Position numbers and translations under genes: made by a program
Shown: in pieces, positions 9,462-19,400 of the stretch
Numbering within the stretch: the stretch's first letter is position 1
How the letters are laid out: every line of letters begins with the position of its first letter
From: Desulfobacterales bacterium
GTDB lineage: Bacteria; Desulfobacterota; Desulfobacteria; Desulfobacterales; UBA5616
Reading direction: 5' to 3'
DNA: 64,000 nucleotides
NCBI GenBank assembly: GCA_046483495.1
Contig: JAWODC010000064.1
Coordinates: 1-64,000, forward strand
The notes under the pieces: generated by a model
The model's database searches: none
The model's input: only the letters and a program-made list of their open reading frames with translations
What the model was told of the DNA's origin: nothing

Positions 9462-10712
9462 CTACCACAGGCCGTATTTCTGAACTTCGGCCCTTCCGAC
9501 AACCATGTGGTGCACTTCATCCGGCCCGTCTGCGAAACGCAGGTGCCGCATATCCGTGTACATGCCGGCAAGCGGTGTCCACTTGGAAATGCCGGCCGCG
9601 CCGTGTATCTGAATCGCCTCATCGATAATCCGGCACACCTTTTCGGGAACCATGGCCTTTACGGCACTGACATACACCCTTGCTTCTTTATTGCCCAGAA
9701 CATCCATGGCTTTGGCGGCTTGGAGGACCATCAAGCGCATGGCGTCTATATCGATTCGCGCCCGGGATATGACCTCCAGGTTTTTGCCGAGTTTGGCCAG
9801 GGGTTTTCCGAATGCCACACGGGTGCCTGCACGCCGGACCATGAGCTCCAGCGCCTTTTCCGCCTGGCCGATAGACCTCATGCAGTGATGAATACGGCCG
9901 GGACCGAGCCGGACCTGTGAAATCTCGAAACCACGTCCTTCACCCAGCAGAACATTTTCCCGGGGAACACGAACATTATTGAAGTTGATGTGCATATGCC
10001 CCCGGGGTGCGCCGTCTTCCCCGAATACATCCATCGCACCGACAATTTCTACACCCGGTGTATCCATGGGGACGAGAATCTGGGACTGCTGTTTGGAAGG
10101 GAGAGCATCCGGATCGGTCTTGGCCATGGTGATCATCACCTTGCAACGCGGGTCCCCCGCACCGGAAATATAATATTTTTCACCGTTGATCACCCAGTCG
10201 TCACCATCGACCACCGCTGTGGTGCTGACGTTCTTTGCGTCGGACGATGCCACGTTGGGTTCGGTCATCGCATACGCAGACCGAATCTCTCCATTGAGCA
10301 GCGGCTTCAGCCATTTCTCTTTCTGTTCCGGCGTCCCGACCCGCTCGAGAACTTCCATGTTGCCCGTATCCGGTGCGCTGCAATTCAACGTCTCAGAGGC
10401 CAGGCCGAATTTTCCCAGTTCGGCCGCGATATACGCATAGTCGAGATTGGTCAATCCCCTGCCGATTTCCGAATTCGGCAGGAAAAAATTCCACAAACCG
10501 GACGCCTTGGCCTTTGCCTTTGCACCTTCGAGAAGCTCCAACTGGCGCGGGTGCCAAGTCCATCGGTCTTTTTTCTCCTTTTGGAGCAGATAAAACTCCT
10601 CGGTAATGGGCGCGACGTTTTCCGCAATATGCTTTTTGACGGCGTCCATCAAGGGCTGCGCCTGCTTCGACATCGCCAGATTGAACAACTCCGGATTTTG
10701 GGTAAAAGACAT
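9462..10712 (-). CDS. Acyl-CoA dehydrogenase (ACAD10/11 / LvaC-like, Asp-type)
   Basis: NCSAPDTGNMEVL, AMTEP.VASSDA, RLGPGRIHHCMR, RFADGPDEVH; AGGAGG RBS. Confidence 0.9.
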   Translation of the reverse strand: MSFTQNPELFNLAMSKQAQPLMDAVKKHIAENVAPITEEFYLLQKEKKDRWTWHPRQLELLEGAKAKAKASGLWNFFLPNSEIGRGLTNLDYAYIAAELGKFGLASETLNCSAPDTGNMEVLERVGTPEQKEKWLKPLLNGEIRSAYAMTEPNVASSDAKNVSTTAVVDGDDWVINGEKYYISGAGDPRCKVMITMAKTDPDALPSKQQSQILVPMDTPGVEIVGAMDVFGEDGAPRGHMHINFNNVRVPRENVLLGEGRGFEISQVRLGPGRIHHCMRSIGQAEKALELMVRRAGTRVAFGKPLAKLGKNLEVISRARIDIDAMRLMVLQAAKAMDVLGNKEARVYVSAVKAMVPEKVCRIIDEAIQIHGAAGISKWTPLAGMYTDMRHLRFADGPDEVHHMVVGRAEVQKYGLW

Positions 10713-10795
10713 GTGATTCCTCCTGATCGAATTGCGATTATTGTGAAAACGGAAACTTCGGTGTAACATCAGCAGCGATGCCGAAGTGAATGCTG

Positions 10796-12424
10796 TCAGT
10801 ACCCCCGATCCAGACGCTCCCAAAACTTGTCCAGCCCGAAATCTTCGGCAATAATTTTGAAGCAATTATATCCGGGGGCGCTGCTGACACCGCCGCCGGG
10901 GAACATATAGGGCCCGCAAAGGTAAAGGTTTTTGATTTCCGTCCGGTAATTCGAAGCCTCCGGAAACGGCCTGTTGTAAGCGGTTTGGTGCAGCTTGACG
11001 GCGCCGTTCATGAAATCGCCTTCCATCAAGCGCATTTCGTCCTCCTGGTCGAGCGGTGTGTAAAAGTACGAATCGATAATATTGTCGGGCGTCATGTTCG
11101 GGGCCCATTTTTGAAACCGCTCGATAAACCGGTCGTTGTAGGTGGCCCGAACCTCTTCCCACTGCTCCCGCGACTGGGTGCTCGCCTTGGGAAAGAAGAA
11201 CCAGCCGGAAAGGCTGTGCTTTCCCGGTGGTGCGTAGGTGGGGTCCCACAGGCTGTTCACCCATGTGCCGGCGCCGGGAATGCTCGGTATCCGTCCGTTC
11301 ACCGCGTCCATGCAGTATTCCATGATTTCATCGGGCGTATCGAAGCCGACCACCGTATAAAAGGTTTTATTGATATCGGAATTCCATACGGCACTCTTGT
11401 ATGCCGGAGCTTCATGCAGGGCCAGCCCGGTGGATGCCAACACCGAACTCGGTCCGATTTCGAAATCCCGTGCCCGCTTTACCCACAACGGGCTCAGATT
11501 CTTTTCCCCTACCATTTTCAAAAGCGTCGCCTTCAAATCCGCGTTCGACGCCACCAGCTTATCGGCGGTTATTTCTGTGCCGTCTTTCAAGATGACGCCT
11601 TTTGCCGTTTGGTTTTCGACAATGATCTTCACCACCTCGCTGCTTTCATAGAATTCCAGGCCCTCACGAACACCGGCCATTTCCATGGCATGGGCGAGGG
11701 TGTGCGTTCCGCCGACCATTAGACGCCAATTCAGGTAGAGATTGAAGATGCCCAGAGCACCGGCACCGGCGCCTTCCCGCTCCAGCGGCTGGCACCATTC
11801 CACCGACATGCGAAGGAGCAGTGTCTTCAATTCCGGACTTTCAAACAGGTAGTCATAAACTTCCGGGGGGGACATTTTGGCCATAAAGCGCGGCAACCCC
11901 AGCAAGTCCAGCGCCATCTCCGCACCGAGAATGTCCGGATAAGGGATTTCGGGCGTCGGCTGAATCGGAGGGCTGTACATTCTTGCCGCCGCCAGAGGCT
12001 CGTTCGCCTGTATTGTACGCCGGATTTCCACGAATGTATCGGCATCGTGTTTGGAGTATTGGCCAATGGATTTGCGTGTTTTCTCATAGTTTTCAGGGTG
12101 CTCGACGCTGTAAAGCACCACCGGCGGCCGCCCGTCCGAAAAGGCGATGCCCGCCTGGGCATGGGGGTAAATGCATCGGGCGCCGAATTGCGGCAGGTCG
12201 AAGTCGTAAAAAATAGGCATCCAATCCATGAATTCCATGTACTGGGCGTGAAGGTTGTGCAAAAATCCGGGGGCTGTGCATTCGGAAGTAAACACCGCAC
12301 TGCCCTCCTCGTGACGCCGTTCAAAAATCGCCGTTTTCATGCCCGACCGCTGCAGATAGGCCCCCAGCGTCAATCCCATGTGCCCTCCCCCGATCACGAT
12401 GGCATCATATCGTTTTTTTACCAT
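10796..12424 (-). CDS. Phytoene desaturase-like FAD-dependent oxidoreductase
   Basis: IVIGGGHMGL FAD motif, DPTYAPPGKHS, NLYLCG..MFPGGGV..APGYN. Confidence 0.85.
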   Translation of the reverse strand: MVKKRYDAIVIGGGHMGLTLGAYLQRSGMKTAIFERRHEEGSAVFTSECTAPGFLHNLHAQYMEFMDWMPIFYDFDLPQFGARCIYPHAQAGIAFSDGRPPVVLYSVEHPENYEKTRKSIGQYSKHDADTFVEIRRTIQANEPLAAARMYSPPIQPTPEIPYPDILGAEMALDLLGLPRFMAKMSPPEVYDYLFESPELKTLLLRMSVEWCQPLEREGAGAGALGIFNLYLNWRLMVGGTHTLAHAMEMAGVREGLEFYESSEVVKIIVENQTAKGVILKDGTEITADKLVASNADLKATLLKMVGEKNLSPLWVKRARDFEIGPSSVLASTGLALHEAPAYKSAVWNSDINKTFYTVVGFDTPDEIMEYCMDAVNGRIPSIPGAGTWVNSLWDPTYAPPGKHSLSGWFFFPKASTQSREQWEEVRATYNDRFIERFQKWAPNMTPDNIIDSYFYTPLDQEDEMRLMEGDFMNGAVKLHQTAYNRPFPEASNYRTEIKNLYLCGPYMFPGGGVSSAPGYNCFKIIAEDFGLDKFWERLDRGY

Positions 12425-12713
12425 GGCTCCTCCTTTATAGTAAGGTAAATGGAATGGATGATAAAAAATATACCCGTGCTTGCGTGCGGCTTCTCGGGTG
12501 GTGCAGTGCCTGAAGTGGTCAGGTGGATTTCAGTACCGGCCTCTTTGCCATCGGAAATGAACCGGCTGATGCAATACGGCCGGTTCCCTGCTGTGCATCA
12601 TTGGAAAAGCGAAAATGCACCGGCGAAGGCCTGATGCGATGAACGGGTGCCGAAGAAAGAAACCCGGTATGCGCACATGATCAATTTTACATAACCGACA
12701 GACGTCGAATTTG

Positions 12714-13130
12714 TCAACCGTTTCGGATCAGGCGCTTAATACCTTCGACGTCACAGTTGGCGGATGCCACACGCCACTCGCCGGAGGAATTGCGGAAGCC
12801 TTTGAGTCGACCGCTTTTCAGGAAATCGGTGACGCCTTTCTCCGTCAGATAGGTCATCCCGGCAAACTCGGCCACTGAATAGGAATCCGCCGATGGCGAT
12901 GCCGTCTGCCCGGAATTGGAGGAGATCCCAGGCCGATCCCCCTCACCTTTTGAACCGCCGGCCAGTTCTTTCACAGCAGATGCATGCGCTTCGCTTTCCG
13001 GAATGATCCATCTTCCGGATTTTTTTTCTCCCCTGATCATCCCCTGCCGGAGCAGCTTGGTTATTGTAGAGCCTGGAATTCCGGTAATTTTCGAAAACTC
13101 GTTCGTATAGACAAAACGCTGTTCAGCCAT
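12714..13130 (-). CDS. Protein with two tandem excisionase/MerR-like HTH domains
   Basis: EFSKITGIP.STITKLLRQG.I.G.K..GRW and EFAGMTYLT..GV..FLKSGRLKG....GEW joined by an S/G-rich linker. Confidence 0.65.
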   Translation of the reverse strand: MAEQRFVYTNEFSKITGIPGSTITKLLRQGMIRGEKKSGRWIIPESEAHASAVKELAGGSKGEGDRPGISSNSGQTASPSADSYSVAEFAGMTYLTEKGVTDFLKSGRLKGFRNSSGEWRVASANCDVEGIKRLIRNG

Positions 13131-13469
13131 TCTACCATCCTTATCGTCGGGTTCGATGCCGATCACATGAAGAGATCCCGCGATCGATTCTCCCATAAAC
13201 CGGCAAATGCTTTCTTTTTATGAAAATGAATGCGGTAAAACGATGGGGGTTTTTCCACGTGACAAAAAACCGGGAATCACAATGTCAAAATGCGGCAAAC
13301 CTGTCAAGAGCCTGTTGAACGCCGGCAGGTGATTCCGCCCATGGAAGGCGCCCCCGGGAGGCGGCACATGCATGTCATTTGATGTTGACAATTCGGTTGG
13401 TTTACGTTGTATGGTAATATGATTTAAATTCTAAATGCCGACATGGGTTTTCAGTCGGCGGTAAATGAA

Positions 13470-15344
13470 ATGGTCACCGCATCCTATTGGGCAGACAGAT
13501 ATATCGATATCCGATCCTCGGGCAAAGAGGCGATTCGGCTGATCAAACCCGGACAGCGGGTTTTCATCGGTTCTTCATGCGGAGAACCCCAGCACTTGGT
13601 CAGAGAACTATCCATCGCATCGAATCGCTTTACGGACCTTGAAATCGTCCGGCTTATGTCCCTGGAAACAACCCCGCTGACCCTGATTGCGGAAAAAACC
13701 CACGATCAGGGAATGAATATCCGGTCTTTTTACCTTGGCTCAGCCAAACCCAAGGGATTGGCCAAAAACCTGCGGTTTATCACCCCCATTAACCTTTCAG
13801 CCGTCCCCCGACTCTTTAAATCGCGCAAACTGCCCATTCACGTAGCCCTGATTCAGGTTTCGCCACCGGATGATTTTGGATGGATGAGCCTGGGCATTGC
13901 GGTCGACGTCACCCTTTCGGCGGCTCTTTCCGCAGACCTGGTCATCGCCCAGGTCAACTCGAAAATGCCCCGTGTGCTCGGCAGAAGTTTTATTCATGTC
14001 AACGATGTCGATGTCATCGTGGAATTCGATGAACCGCTGTTGACTATCGGGAACATGCCGAAAATAGAGACGGCCAATACCATTGCACGGCACATCACCC
14101 GTCTTATCGATGACGGGTCCACCCTGCAGATCGGCCTGGGCACGACACCGCAGGCCATCCTGCTGGCCCTTGCGGACAAAAATGATCTCGGCATTCACAC
14201 GCAGTTTCTGACCGATGACATCATGCACCTGGTATCCAGAGGGGTGGTGACCAACCGGCGAAAAGGATTCAACGAAGGCAAAATAGTTGCCAGCAGCGCC
14301 ATCGGAACCGAAGTCTTTTACGATTTCCTTCATGACAACCCCTCTATCGAATTTTACCCGTCGGATTACGTAAACGACCCTGGAATCATTTCACGCCATT
14401 TCCGAATGGTATCCATGAATGTTGTCATGGCCGTCGACCTGACGGGCCAGGTTGCCTGCGACGCCCTGCCGTACAACCATTTCTCCGGTGTCACGGGAAT
14501 GTTCGATTTTATTCGCGGATCGGCAAGAGCCGAATCCGGAAAATCCATCCTCATGCTGACGGCCACCGCCGAGGGTGGCAAAAAGAGCCGAATTGTTCCC
14601 ATGCTGAACGACACCGCTATCGTGGTGCCCCGTGGCGATGTCCACTATGTGGTGACGGAATACGGCGCTGTAAACCTTTTTGGGAAGAGTTTGCAGGAAA
14701 GGGCATTGGCATTGATCAGCATTTCCCATCCGGATTTCCGGGAAAAGCTTTTTTTCGAGGCCAAAAAAATGGGTCTGCTGCCTACGGATCGGCATCTGAA
14801 GGATTCGATGTACAGCATCTATCCATTGAAACTGGAGGAAACCGTAGAAATAGAAAACCATGCTGTCGTGTTCCGTCCCGCACGGCCCGATGACGAACGC
14901 CGGATTCAGGAGCACTACTACGAAATGGAAAAGAAGGATATTATTTCACGCTTTTTTTATGAAAAATCGGCGTTCATCCGCGATGAAGTGGAAAATATCT
15001 CCCAAATCGATTATGTGAAAAATCTAACCCTTATCGCGGTTTTAGGGGAAGTGGGGTTCGAAAAAGTGATCGGCATCGGCGAATATCTCCTGGATGAAGC
15101 CCGAAACATGGCCGAAGTCGCGTTTTCCATTACCCGAGAATGGCAGCGAAAAGGAATCGGATCAATGCTTTTGAAAAAGCTTTCGGCGGCAGCATTGGAA
15201 AACGGCATTTTGGGCATCGTCGCCTACACGGTTCCGGAAAACCAGGCCATGATTCGGCTGTTCAGAAAACTGCCGTATAAAATTACGACGGGCATCGATC
15301 ACGACACATTGACGTTAAGCTGTAAATTCGACGAATTGGAATGA
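13470..15344 (+). CDS. Acetyl-CoA hydrolase/transferase-like domain fused to a C-terminal GNAT acetyltransferase
   Basis: QVSPPDDFGWMSLG, GSTLQIGLG, VVTEYGAVNL.GKSL.ERA; GNAT AEVAF..WQRKGIG...EN.AM..LF; alternative start 13443. Confidence 0.88.
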   Translation: MVTASYWADRYIDIRSSGKEAIRLIKPGQRVFIGSSCGEPQHLVRELSIASNRFTDLEIVRLMSLETTPLTLIAEKTHDQGMNIRSFYLGSAKPKGLAKNLRFITPINLSAVPRLFKSRKLPIHVALIQVSPPDDFGWMSLGIAVDVTLSAALSADLVIAQVNSKMPRVLGRSFIHVNDVDVIVEFDEPLLTIGNMPKIETANTIARHITRLIDDGSTLQIGLGTTPQAILLALADKNDLGIHTQFLTDDIMHLVSRGVVTNRRKGFNEGKIVASSAIGTEVFYDFLHDNPSIEFYPSDYVNDPGIISRHFRMVSMNVVMAVDLTGQVACDALPYNHFSGVTGMFDFIRGSARAESGKSILMLTATAEGGKKSRIVPMLNDTAIVVPRGDVHYVVTEYGAVNLFGKSLQERALALISISHPDFREKLFFEAKKMGLLPTDRHLKDSMYSIYPLKLEETVEIENHAVVFRPARPDDERRIQEHYYEMEKKDIISRFFYEKSAFIRDEVENISQIDYVKNLTLIAVLGEVGFEKVIGIGEYLLDEARNMAEVAFSITREWQRKGIGSMLLKKLSAAALENGILGIVAYTVPENQAMIRLFRKLPYKITTGIDHDTLTLSCKFDELE

Positions 15345-15423
15345 TATGAATGAATAGGTGACACTGCATCGGGTCGGAACACACGAATGTTTACGACGGC
15401 CAATTTGCAGGAAAGGTGGGCAT

Positions 15424-17385
15424 ATGAATAAGTTCGAGGTATTGTTTGTCCCCCATCAAAAGAAAGTGATGGTTGAAGAAGGGGAAACGCTGATTCGGGC
15501 GGCCCTGGAAGCAGGCGTCCACATCAATGCATCCTGCGGCGGTGAAGGCGTTTGCGGTAAGTGCCGTGTTTTAATTGAAAACGGAATCGTGGAAGGCGGC
15601 ATCTCCGAAAAGCTCAGCAAAGAAGATATCGCCAATAATTACCGTTTGGCCTGCAAATCCCATGTAAAAAGCAACCTGACGGTGAGAATTCCGGTGGAGT
15701 CCGAAGTGGACGCCGCCGTTCTGAATTTACAGAGCACCGCCCGGCGGACGGCACACATCCGGCAGATGAATTTAGATGATCTAAAAGAAAGAGGGCTGTT
15801 CATCCCGCCGGTGGAAAAACGATTTCTCCAGCTGCCGATTCCCGACGCGCAGGATCATGTACCGGATGTATCCCGTCTCGTGAACCATTTGAGGCTGAAT
15901 TCCGATGAACACCGGCTCGTTGTCAGCCTGCCGGTGATCCGAAAAGTGCCCGAGGTTTTCAGGGCGGCCGATTTCAATGTGACCGTCACGCTGGAGCGCC
16001 CCGTCCAGGAAGGCCGCAAAACCCACATCATCAACATACAGCCGGGTGATACGACCCGAAAGAATTACGCTATCGCCATGGACATCGGAACCACCACCAT
16101 ATACGGGCAAATCATCGATCTTCACACCGGGGAAGTGCCGGCCGAACAGGGTGAATTCAACAGCCAGATCAGCTATGGTGAAGATGTGATTACACGCATT
16201 ATCTATGCGGAAAAACCGGCAGGACTCGAGAAGCTGCACCAGGTAGTGATTCAGACGGTGAATACCATTATCCGGAAAATGGTAAAAAAGGCCGCTATCG
16301 ATCTCGAGGATATCTCCACCATCACCCTGGCGGGAAATACAACCATGACGCAACTGCTGCTGAAGGTCGATCCACGGTATATTCGACGGTCTCCTTACGT
16401 GCCGGCATCGACGCTTTATCCTCCCATTCCCGCGGTGGATCTCGGAATGGAACTTGCCGATCACGCAACGGCCCTCGTTTATCCCGTGGTGTCCAGCTAT
16501 GTCGGGGGGGACATCGTGGCCGGCGTTATGGGGTCGGGCATGTACCGCACCGATGAAATAACCTTGTATCTGGACATCGGGACAAATGCGGAAATCGTGA
16601 TCGGCAACAAGGAATGGCTGGCATGCGCCGCCTGTTCAGCGGGTCCGGCATTTGAAGGCGGAGGGATAACCTTCGGAATGCGGGCGGCAAAAGGCGCCAT
16701 CGAGGATTTTTCTCTCGATCCGGCTACCTTCGAACCGATGATTATTACCATCGGCAATGTAAGACCCAAAGGAATCTGCGGATCGGGTCTCATCAATATC
16801 GTCGCCATCTTTCTTGAAATGGGGGTCATTGACAATCAAGGCAAATTCAACCGGGATCTGGAAACGGACCGCATCCGTGAAAACGATGGCGTTTATGAGT
16901 ATGTCCTGGCATGGAAGGATCAGACACAGGTCGACAGGGATATTGTCATTTCGGAAATCGATATCGAAAACCTCATACGGGCGAAAGGCGCCATATACAG
17001 CGGCATCATGACCCTCCTTGAGGAAGTCGGCATGCAGATCGACAGCCTCGAGAGGATCATGCTCGCCGGGGGCTTCGGAAGCTATGTCGACATGGAGAAA
17101 GCCATGACCATCGGACTCCTTCCAGAGCTCGAATTGGACAAGGTCACCTTTATCGGAAACGGGTCGCTTATGGGATGCAAAATGAGCGCTCTGACAAATC
17201 GGATTCGATTCGACGTGGTGGAAGCCACCAAGCGGATGACGAATTTCGAGCTGTCGGAAACACCTTCCTACATGGATAATTATATAGCCGCATTGTTTTT
17301 GCCTCATACGGATTTGAACCAGTTTCCGACCATAAAAGCGCGATTGGATGAACGGAAAAACACAAGACAGATGAACACAATTTAA
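15424..17385 (+). CDS. acsV: Reductive activator of corrinoid Fe-S protein (RACo; [2Fe-2S] + ASKHA ATPase)
   Basis: CGGEGVCGKC, DIGTTT, DIGTNAE, AGPAFEG, GICGSG; directly upstream of acsD. Confidence 0.9.
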   Translation: MNKFEVLFVPHQKKVMVEEGETLIRAALEAGVHINASCGGEGVCGKCRVLIENGIVEGGISEKLSKEDIANNYRLACKSHVKSNLTVRIPVESEVDAAVLNLQSTARRTAHIRQMNLDDLKERGLFIPPVEKRFLQLPIPDAQDHVPDVSRLVNHLRLNSDEHRLVVSLPVIRKVPEVFRAADFNVTVTLERPVQEGRKTHIINIQPGDTTRKNYAIAMDIGTTTIYGQIIDLHTGEVPAEQGEFNSQISYGEDVITRIIYAEKPAGLEKLHQVVIQTVNTIIRKMVKKAAIDLEDISTITLAGNTTMTQLLLKVDPRYIRRSPYVPASTLYPPIPAVDLGMELADHATALVYPVVSSYVGGDIVAGVMGSGMYRTDEITLYLDIGTNAEIVIGNKEWLACAACSAGPAFEGGGITFGMRAAKGAIEDFSLDPATFEPMIITIGNVRPKGICGSGLINIVAIFLEMGVIDNQGKFNRDLETDRIRENDGVYEYVLAWKDQTQVDRDIVISEIDIENLIRAKGAIYSGIMTLLEEVGMQIDSLERIMLAGGFGSYVDMEKAMTIGLLPELELDKVTFIGNGSLMGCKMSALTNRIRFDVVEATKRMTNFELSETPSYMDNYIAALFLPHTDLNQFPTIKARLDERKNTRQMNTI

Positions 17386-17416
17386 ATATAAATTTAAATT
17401 CACCTCCGTTCCTCTA

Positions 17417-17445
17417 TTGACAAAGCAAAGCACTGGATATAAAAG
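17417..17445 (+). promoter_or_regulatory. Candidate sigma70 promoter upstream of acsD
   Basis: TTGACA at 17417 with an A/T-rich -10 (TATAAA/TAAAAG) 15-17 nt downstream. Confidence 0.4.
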
Positions 17446-17768
17446 GTAAAATTTGGCTAAATATGATTGCCGGTTTTTATCTTTTCGTATAAAACCCGGT
17501 ATGTGAACGGGAATGCCGTTTTGTATATCAATGGCATAATTACGTTTACAGTTGGCGGCCATCCGGAAATGATAACGGGATGGGCACCAGAGGCGGCTTT
17601 ACCGCAGTTGCCGACGCTGGATTTTTCACGACCATTTCGGTTTTATGGTTTCAATGATAAGAAATAAACTTACAGAAAGGGGGGGGTTAAATCGATTAAT
17701 CCGTTTTCACAGGTCTATCACTTCAGCAAGAATAATTCGATAAATCTTATACCGATAAGGAGGTTAAA

Positions 17769-19340
17769 TTGGGCTTAGAATTTTTTAAGGAATCGTATAA
17801 TGGCAAAATAAAAGAAATCTCCCTGGGAAAGGGGGATTCTGCCGTTGTCGTCGGTGGTGAGTCCTGCTACCCATTTTACCAGTTCGAAGGTGAAATGCCC
17901 AATAAACCTAAGATCGCTATGGAAGTTTGGGACATGGAACCCGAGGAGTGGCCCGAATCCGCAAGGATCAATTTTGAAGACGTGATATCGGATCCGGCGG
18001 CATGGGCGAAGAAATGTGTCGAACAATTCGGCGCCGACATGATTGCCCTCCAGTTGAAAAGCACCGATCCGAATGGAAAAAACACAAGCCCTGAGGATGC
18101 GGCGGCGGTTGTGAAGAAGGTTGCGGCGGCTGTAAACGTCCCCCTGATTGTTTGGGGAACCGGAAACGTCGAAAAGGACGAAGCCGTTCTCAAGAAAATC
18201 GCCGAAGAATGCCAGGGCGAAAATCTGATTCTCGGACCGGTCGAAGATAAGAATCACAAGGGCATCGGCGCCGCGGCCATGGGTTTCGGCCATACACTGA
18301 TTTCATCATCACCTATCGATGTCAACCTTGCCAAACAGGTAAACATCCTGCTTGAAAACTTAGGCATGCCGATGGACCGCGTCATTATCGATCCAACCAC
18401 CGGCGGATTGGGATACGGTATGGAATATTCCTATTCCGTTATGGAACGGATCAAAATGGCGGCATTGAATCAGGGCGATGACAAGCTGCAGCTTCCCATC
18501 GTGAACAACCTCGGGCTGGAGATCTGGAAATCCAAGGAAGCCAAGCAGTCTGCGGATGAAGCACCCACCCTGGGCGATCCGGAAAAGCGCGGCATCATGA
18601 TGGAAGCCATTGCCGCCGTCTCCTATCTTCTCTCCGGATCGAACGTGCTGATCATGCGGCATCCGGAAGCGATTCGCCTGGTGAAATCCTATATCGATCT
18701 GGTGGCAGACGGCGGAAGCGCCAAGGATGTTCCCGCTGCAACAAAACGGTTGGATGATGTAGACATCGATCTGGTGGCCGTTTCCCCGGAACCGGACCTG
18801 ACCATTGAGGAAGAAAAAGCCGCCAAACCGGCCCCGGCCAAGAAAGCGGCCCAACCGGCACCTGAAAAGCCTGCCGCACCTGCAGCAGCCGAAAAGAAAG
18901 TCGCTCCGGCTCCTGAAAAGCCGGCCGAGCCGAAAGCCGCTCCGGCGCCGAAGGAAGAAAAAGTGGACGCCGAAACCGAGGCCGAGGCCAAGGCGGAAAC
19001 AGAAGCCAAGGCGGAAGCCGAAGCAAAGGCAAAGGCTGAAGCCGAGGCAAAAGAGAAAGCCGAAGCCGAAGCAAAAGCCAAGGCGGAGGCCGAAGCAAAG
19101 GCAAAAGCCGAAGCCGAAGCCAGAGAAAAGGCCGAAGCCGAAGCAAAAGCACGAGAAAAACGCGAGAAGGAAGAAGCCGAAATCGAGGAAATTCGGCAGA
19201 AACGCGCTAAGGAACGTGAAGAACTATCCGCCAAGCGGGCATCCGCCAAAACCGAAAAAGTAACGATGACCGCAGCTCCGGTTCAAAAATCCATGGTGGA
19301 CAAGTTAATCGATCAAATCAACTGGGTGCATCGACGATAA
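17769..19340 (+). CDS. acsD: Corrinoid Fe-S protein small subunit (AcsD/CdhD) with long C-terminal extension
   Basis: SPIDVNLAKQ, DPTTGGLGYGMEYSYSVMERI, MRHP; TTG start with AAGGAGG RBS. Confidence 0.93.
   Translation: MGLEFFKESYNGKIKEISLGKGDSAVVVGGESCYPFYQFEGEMPNKPKIAMEVWDMEPEEWPESARINFEDVISDPAAWAKKCVEQFGADMIALQLKSTDPNGKNTSPEDAAAVVKKVAAAVNVPLIVWGTGNVEKDEAVLKKIAEECQGENLILGPVEDKNHKGIGAAAMGFGHTLISSSPIDVNLAKQVNILLENLGMPMDRVIIDPTTGGLGYGMEYSYSVMERIKMAALNQGDDKLQLPIVNNLGLEIWKSKEAKQSADEAPTLGDPEKRGIMMEAIAAVSYLLSGSNVLIMRHPEAIRLVKSYIDLVADGGSAKDVPAATKRLDDVDIDLVAVSPEPDLTIEEEKAAKPAPAKKAAQPAPEKPAAPAAAEKKVAPAPEKPAEPKAAPAPKEEKVDAETEAEAKAETEAKAEAEAKAKAEAEAKEKAEAEAKAKAEAEAKAKAEAEAREKAEAEAKAREKREKEEAEIEEIRQKRAKEREELSAKRASAKTEKVTMTAAPVQKSMVDKLIDQINWVHRR
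19011..19154 (+). repeat. Six 24-bp tandem repeats encoding AEAEA(K/R)(A/E)(K/R) inside acsD
   Basis: AEAEAKAK AEAEAKEK AEAEAKAK AEAEAKAK AEAEAREK AEAEAKAR. Confidence 0.9.
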
Positions 19341-19400
19341 TCATTTATTCCGCTGATTCGTCGTGTACCGTATATCCATAATTATGAGGAGGAACCTCGT

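Noticed and set aside
18807..19260. TolA-like separate gene or CRISPR-like repeat
   Set aside because: In frame with acsD; 24-bp coding repeats without unique spacers.
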